This document shows, one piece after another, positions 19,864 through 27,000 of a stretch of DNA of 64,000 nt. Each line of letters opens with the position of its first letter. Within the stretch, counting starts at the first letter, position 1. Made by a program: the position numbers and the translations under genes. The notes beneath the pieces are model-generated. The model was not told the origin of the DNA, made no database searches, and saw only the letters and a list, made by a program, of their open reading frames with translations. Origin of the DNA: an uncultured Prevotellaceae bacterium (GTDB taxonomy: Bacteria > Bacteroidota > Bacteroidia > Bacteroidales > Bacteroidaceae); contig CAMVUB010000002.1 of assembly GCA_947170495.1 (NCBI GenBank), positions 11,781 through 75,780 on the forward strand. The letters run 5' to 3'.

Positions 19864-20176
19864 TTTTATCGCTGTGCTGAGTTCCACCGGTGGAACTCGT
19901 CGGAAGATCGTGGTCTTATGCCCGTAAGAGCGCGGTCTTACAGCCAGAGGACCGCACTCGTCCGAGTGGCCCACCGTGGTGATCCACCTAACGCACCGCG
20001 GTGCGATGGCATTTGCACCGCACTGCATCGCGCTTCGATGCCTGGTGCATTGATTTCACTTCATTCGCGATGGCAAAGGTACAACATCGCCATTGCGGTT
20101 CACGAATGTTTTGGCAACTTTTTTCAGCAGCCGATGATTTTCAGTCGCTTTTTTGCGGGCGTATGGAAATAATGTG

Positions 20177-20184
20177 TATCTTTG
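20177..20184 (+). promoter_or_regulatory. -7 box TATCTTTG for ORF6N gene
   Basis: TAnnTTTG match 20 nt upstream of ATG 20205. Confidence 0.5.
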
Positions 20185-20204
20185 CAGCGTAAATCATTTA
20201 CCAC

Positions 20205-20828
20205 ATGGCAAAGAAGAAAAAGAATGCAGAAGAGGAGCCCAAAGTGGTCGCAAATAGAGACCAGCTAACGGACTATTCGCAGCTTGAAGTCGCAAATTGC
20301 GATATCAAAAAGATCAATATAGAGAGTCTTATCCGCATCATACGAGGGCAGAAGGTGATGTTGGACTCTGATTTAGCAATGCTCTATGGTGTAACTACAA
20401 GTCGCCTTAATGAGCAGGTTAAACGTAATATCAACCGCTTTCCGGATGATTTTATGTTCCAGCTTACAAAAGAAGAATGGAATGCTTTAAGAACACAAAT
20501 TGTGACCTTAGAAGATTTGAAGTCACATAATGTGATATCAGAATCAGATCATCTACAAAGTGTTGCATCTTTAACATCGCAAATTGCGACCTTAAAGAGT
20601 GGACGTGGACAACATAGGAAATTTCTCCCTCATGTGTTTACTCGCAACGGAATAGGAATGTTGAGTAGCGTACTGAGGTATGAAACCGCTGTTGGTGTGA
20701 ATATCCGCATCATGCGTGCATTCACGGCTATACCCGAAATCGTGAATAATAACGTACTGATGATGCAGCGTATCCTTAACATTGCACCTGCTGCCAACGG
20801 GCTGTATAGTCAGACGGTTTCGATGTAG
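20205..20828 (+). CDS. ORF6N (KilA-N-related) DNA-binding protein, probably 3'-truncated
   Basis: IRGQKVMLDSDLAMLYGVTTSRLNEQVKRNINRFPDDFMFQLTKEEW...RKFLPHVFTRNGIGMLSSVLR...IRIMRAF is the ORF6N signature. The usual C-terminal coiled-coil is missing. The last 19 nt overlap a convergent gene. Confidence 0.7.
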   Translation: MAKKKKNAEEEPKVVANRDQLTDYSQLEVANCDIKKINIESLIRIIRGQKVMLDSDLAMLYGVTTSRLNEQVKRNINRFPDDFMFQLTKEEWNALRTQIVTLEDLKSHNVISESDHLQSVASLTSQIATLKSGRGQHRKFLPHVFTRNGIGMLSSVLRYETAVGVNIRIMRAFTAIPEIVNNNVLMMQRILNIAPAANGLYSQTVSM

Positions 20829-21109
20829 AAGCTGAAGGGGCGGAAGCCGTCGTTGCAGCTGATCATGGCGCTCATGGGGTTCTGCATCCAACCGTCGAAG
20901 AAGTTGCCTTCGCCCCGGGCCAGCGACTCCACAAAGGGCCTCATGGATTCCCATGCTGACGGGCACAGGCCTGCGGGACGCTGCCCATCGACGGAAATCC
21001 ATTGCTGTCCTACGCTGACGTCGCAGGTGTGCTCGATGGGGTTTTCGTACTGCGCCATCAGGTCCTCATAGACTGTCTGGCGAATGGCTGTGATGCGAAC
21101 CTTATTCAT
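20810..21109 (-). CDS. TIGR04076-family small protein
   Basis: Start moved to ATG 21109 (MNKVRITAIRQTVYEDLMAQYENPIEHTCDV...). The track's N-terminal extension is a translated tRNA. Confidence 0.65.
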   Translation of the reverse strand: MNKVRITAIRQTVYEDLMAQYENPIEHTCDVSVGQQWISVDGQRPAGLCPSAWESMRPFVESLARGEGNFFDGWMQNPMSAMISCNDGFRPFSFYIETV

Positions 21110-21126
21110 AGGAAGAAGATTAGAAG

Positions 21127-21150
21127 AAGGCCACCTTGTGGGGTGGCCTT
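21127..21150 (-). terminator. Hairpin downstream of tRNA-Met
   Basis: AAGGCCACC-N6-GGTGGCCTT, followed on the minus strand by a C/T-rich tract. Confidence 0.45.
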
Positions 21151-21159
21151 CGTTGTGGG

Positions 21160-21233
21160 TAGCGGGAATCGGGATTGAACCGATGACCTCATGATTATGA
21201 ATCATGCGCTCTAACCAGCTGAGCTATCCCGCC
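21160..21233 (-). tRNA. tRNA-Met (anticodon CAT; an Ile2/lysidine tRNA cannot be excluded)
   Basis: Folded by hand: GGCGGGA TA GCTC AGCTGGTTA GAGC G CATGA TTCATAA TCATG AGGTC ATCGG TTCAATC CCGAT TCCCGCT A. 74 nt, with no encoded CCA. Confidence 0.9.
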
Positions 21234-21272
21234 ATCGCAAGGGGAAATCGGAGGATTTCTCAAATGCGGGTG

Positions 21273-21280
21273 CAAAGGTA
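21273..21280 (-). promoter_or_regulatory. -7 box TACCTTTG for tRNA-Met
   Basis: TAnnTTTG match 39 nt upstream of the tRNA 5' end. Confidence 0.5.
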
Positions 21281-21336
21281 GGCTGTTTTTTCGGAACTGC
21301 CAAACGTTTTGGCGAAAATGTCTGCATGAGGACATG

Positions 21337-21366
21337 AAAAAACCTCTTTCCACAGGAGGAAAGAGG
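21337..21366 (-). terminator. Rho-independent terminator of ferredoxin gene
   Basis: On the minus strand, CCTCTTTCC-N6-GGAAAGAGG followed by TTTTTT. Confidence 0.8.
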
Positions 21367-21390
21367 CTTGTAACGGGATTGTGTTGCTGC

Positions 21391-21558
21391 TTAGCCGAGG
21401 CTGATAGCGCCAGAGGGGCAAGCATCAGCGCAGGTGCCGCACTCGGTGCACTCGTCGGGGTTGATGCTGTAGATGTCGCCCTCAGAGATAGCGCCAACGG
21501 GGCATTCGTCGATGCAGGTGCCGCAAGCAACGCAGTCTTCACTAATTACGTAAGCCAT
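21391..21558 (-). CDS. 2x[4Fe-4S] ferredoxin, 55 aa
   Basis: Below the ORF-track size cutoff. Hand translation: MAYVISEDCVACGTCIDECPVGAISEGDIYSINPDECTECGTCADACPSGAISLG*, with two CxxCxxCxxxCP motifs. Confidence 0.9.
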   Translation of the reverse strand: MAYVISEDCVACGTCIDECPVGAISEGDIYSINPDECTECGTCADACPSGAISLG

Positions 21559-21601
21559 AGTTTAAGAGTGTTTAAATGAATAATTCGGTCTATTTGCGCG
21601 G

Positions 21602-21609
21602 CAAAAGTA
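21602..21609 (-). promoter_or_regulatory. -7 box TACTTTTG for ferredoxin
   Basis: 43 nt upstream of ATG 21558. Flanked by the inverted repeat ATTTGCGCG / CGCGCAAAT. Confidence 0.5.
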
Positions 21610-21676
21610 CTCACTTTTGGTGATTCGCGCAAATAATCGGGCATTTTTTTCACTTGGGAATACCTAAAAGGTGTGA

Positions 21677-22645
21677 TTACATGCGGCGCGCTTCCTTGCG
21701 CATGGCCTTGGCAGCCTTCTCGGCTTCCTTGGCAGCGCGGCGCTGTTCCTTGGCTTCGCGGCGGATGGCCTCCGCCTCGCGCTTCATGCGCTCAGCCTCC
21801 TGTTTCTGGAGGGCTGCCTGTTGCTTGAGGGCATTCTCCTGACGGCGCTGCTCGGCTTCAATGCGTTTCTTTTCCAAGGAGATCGCTTTCTTGCGGGCGG
21901 CAGCCTCGCGCTTCAGCTCGCGGGCCTCGCGGCGCAGTTCCTCGGACTCGAAGCGTTTGTCCTCAGCAGCCACACGCATATCGTTGACTTCCTGGCGCAT
22001 GCGTGTCTCGGTGTCGCGCTTCAGGCTGGCGGTCTCGCGACGGCTGTCCCTGGCTTCCTGGCGCTTGGCCTTGGCTTCGCGCTCGGCTTCCTTAGCGGCC
22101 TGACGGGCTTCTTTAATGGCTTGCTTGCGTGCCTTGGCCTCTTCCTTCATCTGCTTGGCGCGCAGCTTCATCTCTGCGGCTTCGCGTTTCTTCTCTTCCT
22201 TGAGGCGCTTCTGCTCTGCCTTCTCCAGTTTCTTGCGGGCTTTCTCCTGTGCGCGCTCTGCCTTCTCCATGTAGCGGTTGGCCTGCGGCGACGTGTAGGA
22301 CGAGGCAGCTGTGGCCGTGGCAGCGGCGGCAGCGGGTGCGGCCGTGGCAGCAGGGGTGGAAGTGGAGGGTGCGGGTGCGGGACTCTGACCGCTCATGCAC
22401 ACGGGGCAGGCCGAGAGGCCTTTGCTCTTGGCCGTCGTGGGTGTCAAGGGCATTACGACACCATTGCAGCCGTGCAACTCGGAACAGGTCTTCAGTTTAT
22501 GATAGTAGCCACCGCCCGCGCCCGTACAATAATATACTAGACCGGGCGAGGGGGGCACCGTGTGCGAACGGGCCTGCAGTGATGCGTTGCCGAGGGCTGT
22601 CAGCAACAGCAGCAAGATGGCTATATGGAAGGTTCTCTCTCTCAT
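21677..22645 (-). CDS. Secreted hypothetical protein: Cys/His-rich small domain, Pro/Ala/Thr linker and ~200-aa Lys/Glu/Arg/Ala coiled-coil
   Basis: 322 aa. Signal peptide MRERTFHIAILLLLLTALGNASLQA, then YYCTGAGGGYYHKLKTCSELHGC...LSACPVC, then a charged helical tract that runs to the C-terminus. Confidence 0.7.
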   Translation of the reverse strand: MRERTFHIAILLLLLTALGNASLQARSHTVPPSPGLVYYCTGAGGGYYHKLKTCSELHGCNGVVMPLTPTTAKSKGLSACPVCMSGQSPAPAPSTSTPAATAAPAAAAATATAASSYTSPQANRYMEKAERAQEKARKKLEKAEQKRLKEEKKREAAEMKLRAKQMKEEAKARKQAIKEARQAAKEAEREAKAKRQEARDSRRETASLKRDTETRMRQEVNDMRVAAEDKRFESEELRREARELKREAAARKKAISLEKKRIEAEQRRQENALKQQAALQKQEAERMKREAEAIRREAKEQRRAAKEAEKAAKAMRKEARRM

Positions 22646-22655
22646 GAGGTTGACC

Positions 22656-22663
22656 CAAAGCTA
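22656..22663 (-). promoter_or_regulatory. -7 box TAGCTTTG 10 nt before the ATG of the coiled-coil gene
   Basis: TAnnTTTG match abutting the T-run of the tRNA-Lys terminator. Confidence 0.45.
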
Positions 22664-22699
22664 AAAAATCCCTGATACTCGGACGAATACCAAGGATTT
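22663..22699 (-). terminator. Imperfect hairpin plus T6 downstream of tRNA-Lys
   Basis: On the minus strand, AAATCCTTGGTA...TATCAGGGATTT followed by TTTTTT. Confidence 0.5.
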
Positions 22700-22715
22700 C
22701 TGTGGCAATTGCAGG

Positions 22716-22788
22716 TGATCCGTTTGGGGCTCGAACCCAAGACCCCAACATTAAAAGTGTTGTGCTCTACCAGCTGAGCTAACGGATC
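22716..22788 (-). tRNA. tRNA-Lys (anticodon TTT)
   Basis: Folded by hand: GATCCGT TA GCTC AGCTGGTA GAGC A CAACA CTTTTAA TGTTG GGGTC TTGGG TTCGAGC CCCAA ACGGATC A. 73 nt. Confidence 0.9.
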
Positions 22789-22828
22789 ATAATGACCAAA
22801 AAATGCGACATCGCCCGTTTTTGCGCGG

Positions 22829-22836
22829 CAAAGGTA
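22829..22836 (-). promoter_or_regulatory. -7 box TACCTTTG for tRNA-Lys
   Basis: 40 nt upstream of the tRNA 5' end. Lies inside the left arm of the 22-bp inverted repeat. Confidence 0.5.
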
Positions 22837-22899
22837 AGGAGTTTTTGCGACACAGCCAACTTTTTCATAGTTTTTTTGTCGTGGCACGCAAAAACTCCT

Positions 22900-22907
22900 T
22901 ACCTTTG
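22900..22907 (+). promoter_or_regulatory. -7 box TACCTTTG for flippase-like operon
   Basis: 16 nt upstream of ATG 22924. Lies inside the right arm of the 22-bp inverted repeat. Confidence 0.5.
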
Positions 22908-22923
22908 CAGCAGATTTACAGAG

Positions 22924-23913
22924 ATGCGTCAAAAGATAAAGAACATATTGTTCCTCATAGGCCTGGCCTCCGTGGTGGTGATGCTGGTCACCTTCGACGT
23001 CAGCTGGGAGGTGTTGTGGGGCGACCTCTGCCACGCCGGCTACTGGCTGGTAGCCATCCTGATGCTGTGGGTAGTGCTGTATGCGATGAACACGCTGACG
23101 TGGTGGCTCATCCTGCGCGAGAGCGGTGCGATGCCGCTCAGCTTCATGACGCTCATGAAAATCACCGTCTCGGCCTTCGCGCTGAACAGCGCCACGCCCA
23201 TCGGTCTGCTGGGCGGCGAGCCGTATAAGATCATGGAGCTGACACCGCTAGTGGGCACGCAGCGCGCCACGTCGTCGGTGCTGCTGTTTGCCATGATGCA
23301 TATCTTCACGCATTTCTGTTACTGGGTCACCGCCATCGTGCTGTGGCTGGTGCTGAAACCGCTGACAGCGGGCATGGCCGTACTGCTGGCCGCGTTCGCC
23401 TTGTTCTGCGCCGGGGGTATCTACCTGTTCCTGCGGGGCTACAAGTACGGCCTGGTGGTGAAGGGCATCCGCTGGCTGGGGCACATCCCCGGCTTGAAGG
23501 GCTGGGCGCAGCGCTTCGCCACGCAACACGAGGAATCGCTCCACCGCATCGACGACCAGATAGCAGCCCTGCACACACAGAGCCGCCGCTCGTTCTACAC
23601 CTCCCTGGCACTGGAATATACAGGGCGCATGATGCAGTCGCTGGAGATCATGTTCATGCTCCTGCTCTTCGGGGCACCACTGAGCTGGATGACCTTCGTG
23701 GACAGCGTGCTCATCCTGGCTTTCACCTCGCTCTTCGCCAACCTGTTGGGCTTCATCCCCATGCAGCTGGGCGGCCGTGAGGGCGGCTTTGCCATGTCCA
23801 CGGCCCAGCTGGGACTCACGGGGGGCATGGGGCTCTTCATCTCCATCATCTGTCGCGTGCGCGAGCTGTTCTTCACCACCCTCGGGCTGGGGCTGATGAA
23901 GGTGAAAAACTAA
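22924..23913 (+). CDS. Flippase-like membrane protein (UPF0104 / lysyl-PG-synthase TM-region family)
   Basis: 329 aa from ATG 22924, polytopic. The track's extension covers the promoter. Confidence 0.6.
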   Translation: MRQKIKNILFLIGLASVVVMLVTFDVSWEVLWGDLCHAGYWLVAILMLWVVLYAMNTLTWWLILRESGAMPLSFMTLMKITVSAFALNSATPIGLLGGEPYKIMELTPLVGTQRATSSVLLFAMMHIFTHFCYWVTAIVLWLVLKPLTAGMAVLLAAFALFCAGGIYLFLRGYKYGLVVKGIRWLGHIPGLKGWAQRFATQHEESLHRIDDQIAALHTQSRRSFYTSLALEYTGRMMQSLEIMFMLLLFGAPLSWMTFVDSVLILAFTSLFANLLGFIPMQLGGREGGFAMSTAQLGLTGGMGLFISIICRVRELFFTTLGLGLMKVKN

Positions 23914-23941
23914 TTGGAAGTTAAATAGGAAGTTATATAGA

Positions 23942-25471
23942 ATGAAGTTCAATAGGAAGTTTTACACGCTGTGCGGGGTGCTGCTCTTCGCGATGCCGCT
24001 GATGGCCGCAGAGGAGGCGGACAGCACACGGCGCAACTGGCTGCACGAGACGGAGGTGATGGCTGAGCTGTCCGGCACCGCCAGCACCGGCTCCTACGCC
24101 CCGCTGTGGCTCACTGCCAACCGCTACGGACTGAGCAGCGTGAAACAATATTCAGGGTATCTGCGCGCACGCGTGGAGCGCGACATCGCCAACGACTCCA
24201 CGCGTAAATGGCGCGTGGGCTACGGCCTCGACCTGGCTGTGGCGGTGGGGCATGAGCGCGTGGGCATCGTGCAACAGGCGTATGTCGAGGGGGCGTGGAA
24301 GATGCTGCGCCTGACACTCGGCGCGAAGCAACAGCCTCTGGAGACACAGAACCCGGAGCTGAGCAGCGGCGCGATGGGGTTAGGCATCAATGCGCGTCCG
24401 ATCCCGCAGATTCGTTTCGACATAGACTGGTTCGGCTTCCCCGGCACCAAAGGGTGGTGGCAATGGAAGCTGCATGGCTCCTACGGTTGGATGACCGACG
24501 GCCGCTGGCAGGAGCACTGGGTGCTGGACGGCACGCGCTACGCCACGCACACGCTCTACCACGAGAAAGCGCTCTACTGGCAGTTCGGGCGCAAGGACAT
24601 CTTCCCCCTCACCTATGAGATCGGCATTCGCATGATGGCGGAGTTCGGAGGCACCAGCTATAATGTGCAGACCGTGCGCGCCCACGAAGGTCAGAAGACG
24701 GAATACCGCCATGACAACGGTCTGCGTGCCTACTGGGATGCACTCCTCTGTCGCGGCAGTGATGCCACGGACGGCAGCAATCCCAATGTCTCGGGTAACC
24801 ACCTGGGCAGCTACATCATGCAGCTGCAATACCACGGCAAGAAATGGCAGGCACGCGCCTACTGGGAGCGTTTCTTCGAGGACCATTCGATGCTCACCGT
24901 GCAATATGGCATTCGCGACATGCTTATCGGCGCGGAGGTCACCGTGCCCCGCAACCCGTTCATCACCACCGCCGTGCTGGAGTACATCACCACCACGGAC
25001 CAGAGCGGTGCCGTGTATCACGACGGTACGCACAACATCCCGGATGCGATGGCGGGACGCGACGACTACTACAACCACCTGCACTATGCTGGATGGCAGC
25101 ACTACGGGCAGACGCTGGGCAACCCGCTCCTCACATCGCCCCTCTATAACGGAGCCTTAGGCCATGACGGGGAACTGATGTTCTACAACAACCGCATGAA
25201 AGGTTGGCACGTAGGTCTCTCCGGCGATCCCTCAGCGCAATGGCACTGGCGCATCCTGGCCTCCTTCACGCGCAACTGGGGCATCTACGCCCTTCCCTTC
25301 GACGAGATGCAACGCCAGACATACCTGCTGGCCGAGGGGCGCTTCAGCCCCACACGCCGCGCGAAAGGCTGGGACTTCGTCCTTGGCATCGGCTACGACC
25401 ACGGCGGCCTCCTCGGAAACAGCCTCGGCTTCCAGGCAACCATCCGCAAAACCTTCCGCCTGGCGAAATAG
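23942..25471 (+). CDS. Outer-membrane beta-barrel protein, capsule-assembly Wzi-like
   Basis: 509 aa with a signal peptide. The N-terminal SGTASTGSYAPLWLTANRYGLSSV block resembles Bacteroidota proteins annotated as Wzi family. Composition is aromatic/Gly-rich and barrel-like. The family call is tentative. Confidence 0.5.
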   Translation: MKFNRKFYTLCGVLLFAMPLMAAEEADSTRRNWLHETEVMAELSGTASTGSYAPLWLTANRYGLSSVKQYSGYLRARVERDIANDSTRKWRVGYGLDLAVAVGHERVGIVQQAYVEGAWKMLRLTLGAKQQPLETQNPELSSGAMGLGINARPIPQIRFDIDWFGFPGTKGWWQWKLHGSYGWMTDGRWQEHWVLDGTRYATHTLYHEKALYWQFGRKDIFPLTYEIGIRMMAEFGGTSYNVQTVRAHEGQKTEYRHDNGLRAYWDALLCRGSDATDGSNPNVSGNHLGSYIMQLQYHGKKWQARAYWERFFEDHSMLTVQYGIRDMLIGAEVTVPRNPFITTAVLEYITTTDQSGAVYHDGTHNIPDAMAGRDDYYNHLHYAGWQHYGQTLGNPLLTSPLYNGALGHDGELMFYNNRMKGWHVGLSGDPSAQWHWRILASFTRNWGIYALPFDEMQRQTYLLAEGRFSPTRRAKGWDFVLGIGYDHGGLLGNSLGFQATIRKTFRLAK

Positions 25472-25482
25472 AATCGGTTAGC

Positions 25483-25554
25483 GTTTAAAGATTAAAGATT
25501 AGAGATTAAAGATTAAAGATATCCCTCAACCATAAACCCTCAACCATAAACCCC
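25483..25554 (+). repeat. Word-repeat spacer (GATTAAA/GATTAGA array, then CCCTCAACCATAAAC x2)
   Basis: Degenerate tandem 7-15-bp units between the Wzi-like and lipoprotein genes. Confidence 0.8.
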
Positions 25555-25556
25555 AC

Positions 25557-26003
25557 ATGCATAACCGCCCCCTCCTCAGCCTCTCCACGCTCCTCGTTTT
25601 CCTCCTGACGGGTTGCGACAAGGTGCCCATGAACGGTGACCTCGACGGCCTGTGGCAGCTCACCACCGTGCAAACAGATCAGGACGTCCGCGACGTGAAG
25701 AGCGACCGCGCCTATCTGTCCTTCCAGCTACATCTAACGCAATGGGATCACGTAGGCTTTCGCTACTTCGCACACTTCACCCACGAGGGTGACAGCATCC
25801 GCTTCTATGACTTCGCCCACGACTCGCTGCACCGCTCTAAGGCCGACGACAACGAATGGGTCACAGAGGAGGAGATGCGCGACGGCGCCATGGACGCCTG
25901 GGGCATCCATAACCTCGACGCGCGCTATCGTGTGCGACAGCTCGACGGCGAGGCGCTGATACTGGAAAAAGCAGATACCACACTCTTTTTCCGAAAATTC
26001 TAA
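25557..26003 (+). CDS. Small lipoprotein, lipocalin-like
   Basis: Lipobox LLTGC followed by DGLWQL..., a lipocalin-like start. Confidence 0.6.
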   Translation: MHNRPLLSLSTLLVFLLTGCDKVPMNGDLDGLWQLTTVQTDQDVRDVKSDRAYLSFQLHLTQWDHVGFRYFAHFTHEGDSIRFYDFAHDSLHRSKADDNEWVTEEEMRDGAMDAWGIHNLDARYRVRQLDGEALILEKADTTLFFRKF

Positions 26004-26014
26004 GAGACACTCAC

Positions 26015-26962
26015 ATGACAACCAACTCATCCTCATTCCTACAGCGCGTGCGCGCCACGATGAAGTCCGAAGAGACCGAGGGACGCTTCGAGCTCCTCTT
26101 CACACGCACCCCCGGCTACGTATGGGCCTTGGTCTTCAAGGCTCTGCACATACACCCGATTGCCGTCACACTCATCAGCATCGTGCTGGGAGCCGCCTCG
26201 GCATTCTTCTTTGTGAAGACAGACCTGCAGAGCAATGTCATCGCCGTCGTGCTCCTCATTACCGCCAACTGGCTGGACTGCGCCGACGGGCAGCTGGCAC
26301 GCATGACAGGGCAGAAGACACTCATCGGACGCATCCTCGACGGCTTCGCCGGCGATGTGTGGTTCCAGTTCATCTATGTCGCCATCGCCCTCCGACTCAC
26401 ACCTTGGTTTGCGGGCATCGGCGGCTGGCCATGCGTAGTGGCAGGATGGCTGTTCGGCGCCTATGCCGGCTACTGGTGTCACGTACATCAGGCGAACCTC
26501 GCCGACTACTATCGCAACCAGCACCTCTATTTCCAACTCGGCCGTGGGCGCAGCGAGCTGGACCGCAGCCGTCAGCTCACAGCGCGCTACGACAGCCTGC
26601 GCTGGCGCAGCAACGACTGGTTTGAGAAGCTATACCTGTTCTTTTATATCCGCTATACCCTGCGTCAGGAGCACATGACACCCCGCTGTCAGGAGATGCT
26701 CGACGCGATGCAGGCCACCTATGGCGATGACATCCCCGACGAGCTGCGCCAAGAGTTCTGCCGCCGCAGCCGTCCGCTGCAACCGGCCTGCCAGCTGCTG
26801 ACTTTCGACCTGCGCATCTTCGTGCTCTATGTCAGCGCGCTGCTCAATATCATCTGGCTCTATTGGCTCTTCGAGGGTACGGTGCTACAAATCATCTTCC
26901 TGCGGCTGCGACGCCAGCACGAACAACTCTGTGCCGACATCACCCAACGCATTAAAGGTTAA
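26015..26962 (+). CDS. CDP-alcohol phosphatidyltransferase-family membrane enzyme
   Basis: DCADGQLARMTGQKTLIGRILDGFAGD matches D-x2-DG-x2-AR-x8-G-x3-D-x3-D. Confidence 0.8.
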   Translation: MTTNSSSFLQRVRATMKSEETEGRFELLFTRTPGYVWALVFKALHIHPIAVTLISIVLGAASAFFFVKTDLQSNVIAVVLLITANWLDCADGQLARMTGQKTLIGRILDGFAGDVWFQFIYVAIALRLTPWFAGIGGWPCVVAGWLFGAYAGYWCHVHQANLADYYRNQHLYFQLGRGRSELDRSRQLTARYDSLRWRSNDWFEKLYLFFYIRYTLRQEHMTPRCQEMLDAMQATYGDDIPDELRQEFCRRSRPLQPACQLLTFDLRIFVLYVSALLNIIWLYWLFEGTVLQIIFLRLRRQHEQLCADITQRIKG

Positions 26963-26967
26963 CACAA

Positions 26968-26997
26968 TAAAAAAGAGCCGCGACAGCGACTCTTTTT
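26968..26997. terminator. Bidirectional terminator between convergent genes
   Basis: AAAAAGAGCCGC-GACA-GCGACTCTTTTT, with one mismatch in the stem. Confidence 0.65.
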
Positions 26998-27000
26998 CAT

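Noticed and set aside
19918-20192. Plus-strand ORFs of 84 and 63 aa in the palindrome-rich gap.
   Set aside because: They have Arg/Cys/His-rich, low-information sequences and overlap each other. They lie upstream of the only plus-strand -7 box, so the region is better explained as structured non-coding DNA.
21160-21233. tRNA-Met as the attachment site of an integrated element that includes the 15.4-20.8 kb islet.
   Set aside because: A core-looking TIGR04076 gene separates the tRNA from the islet. There is no integrase, and no duplicate of the tRNA 3' end was seen.
21195-21542. A 115-aa minus-strand ORF spanning tRNA-Met and the ferredoxin region.
   Set aside because: It is an out-of-frame read through the real 55-aa ferredoxin gene, its terminator and the tRNA. 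Its Ala/Pro/Ser-rich sequence has no features.
22642-23034. A 130-aa minus-strand ORF (and 22497-22751) containing AQLVEHNTFNVGVLGSSP.
   Set aside because: This is a translated tRNA-Lys plus promoter region. The peptide motif is the classic artefact of reading through a tRNA T-arm.
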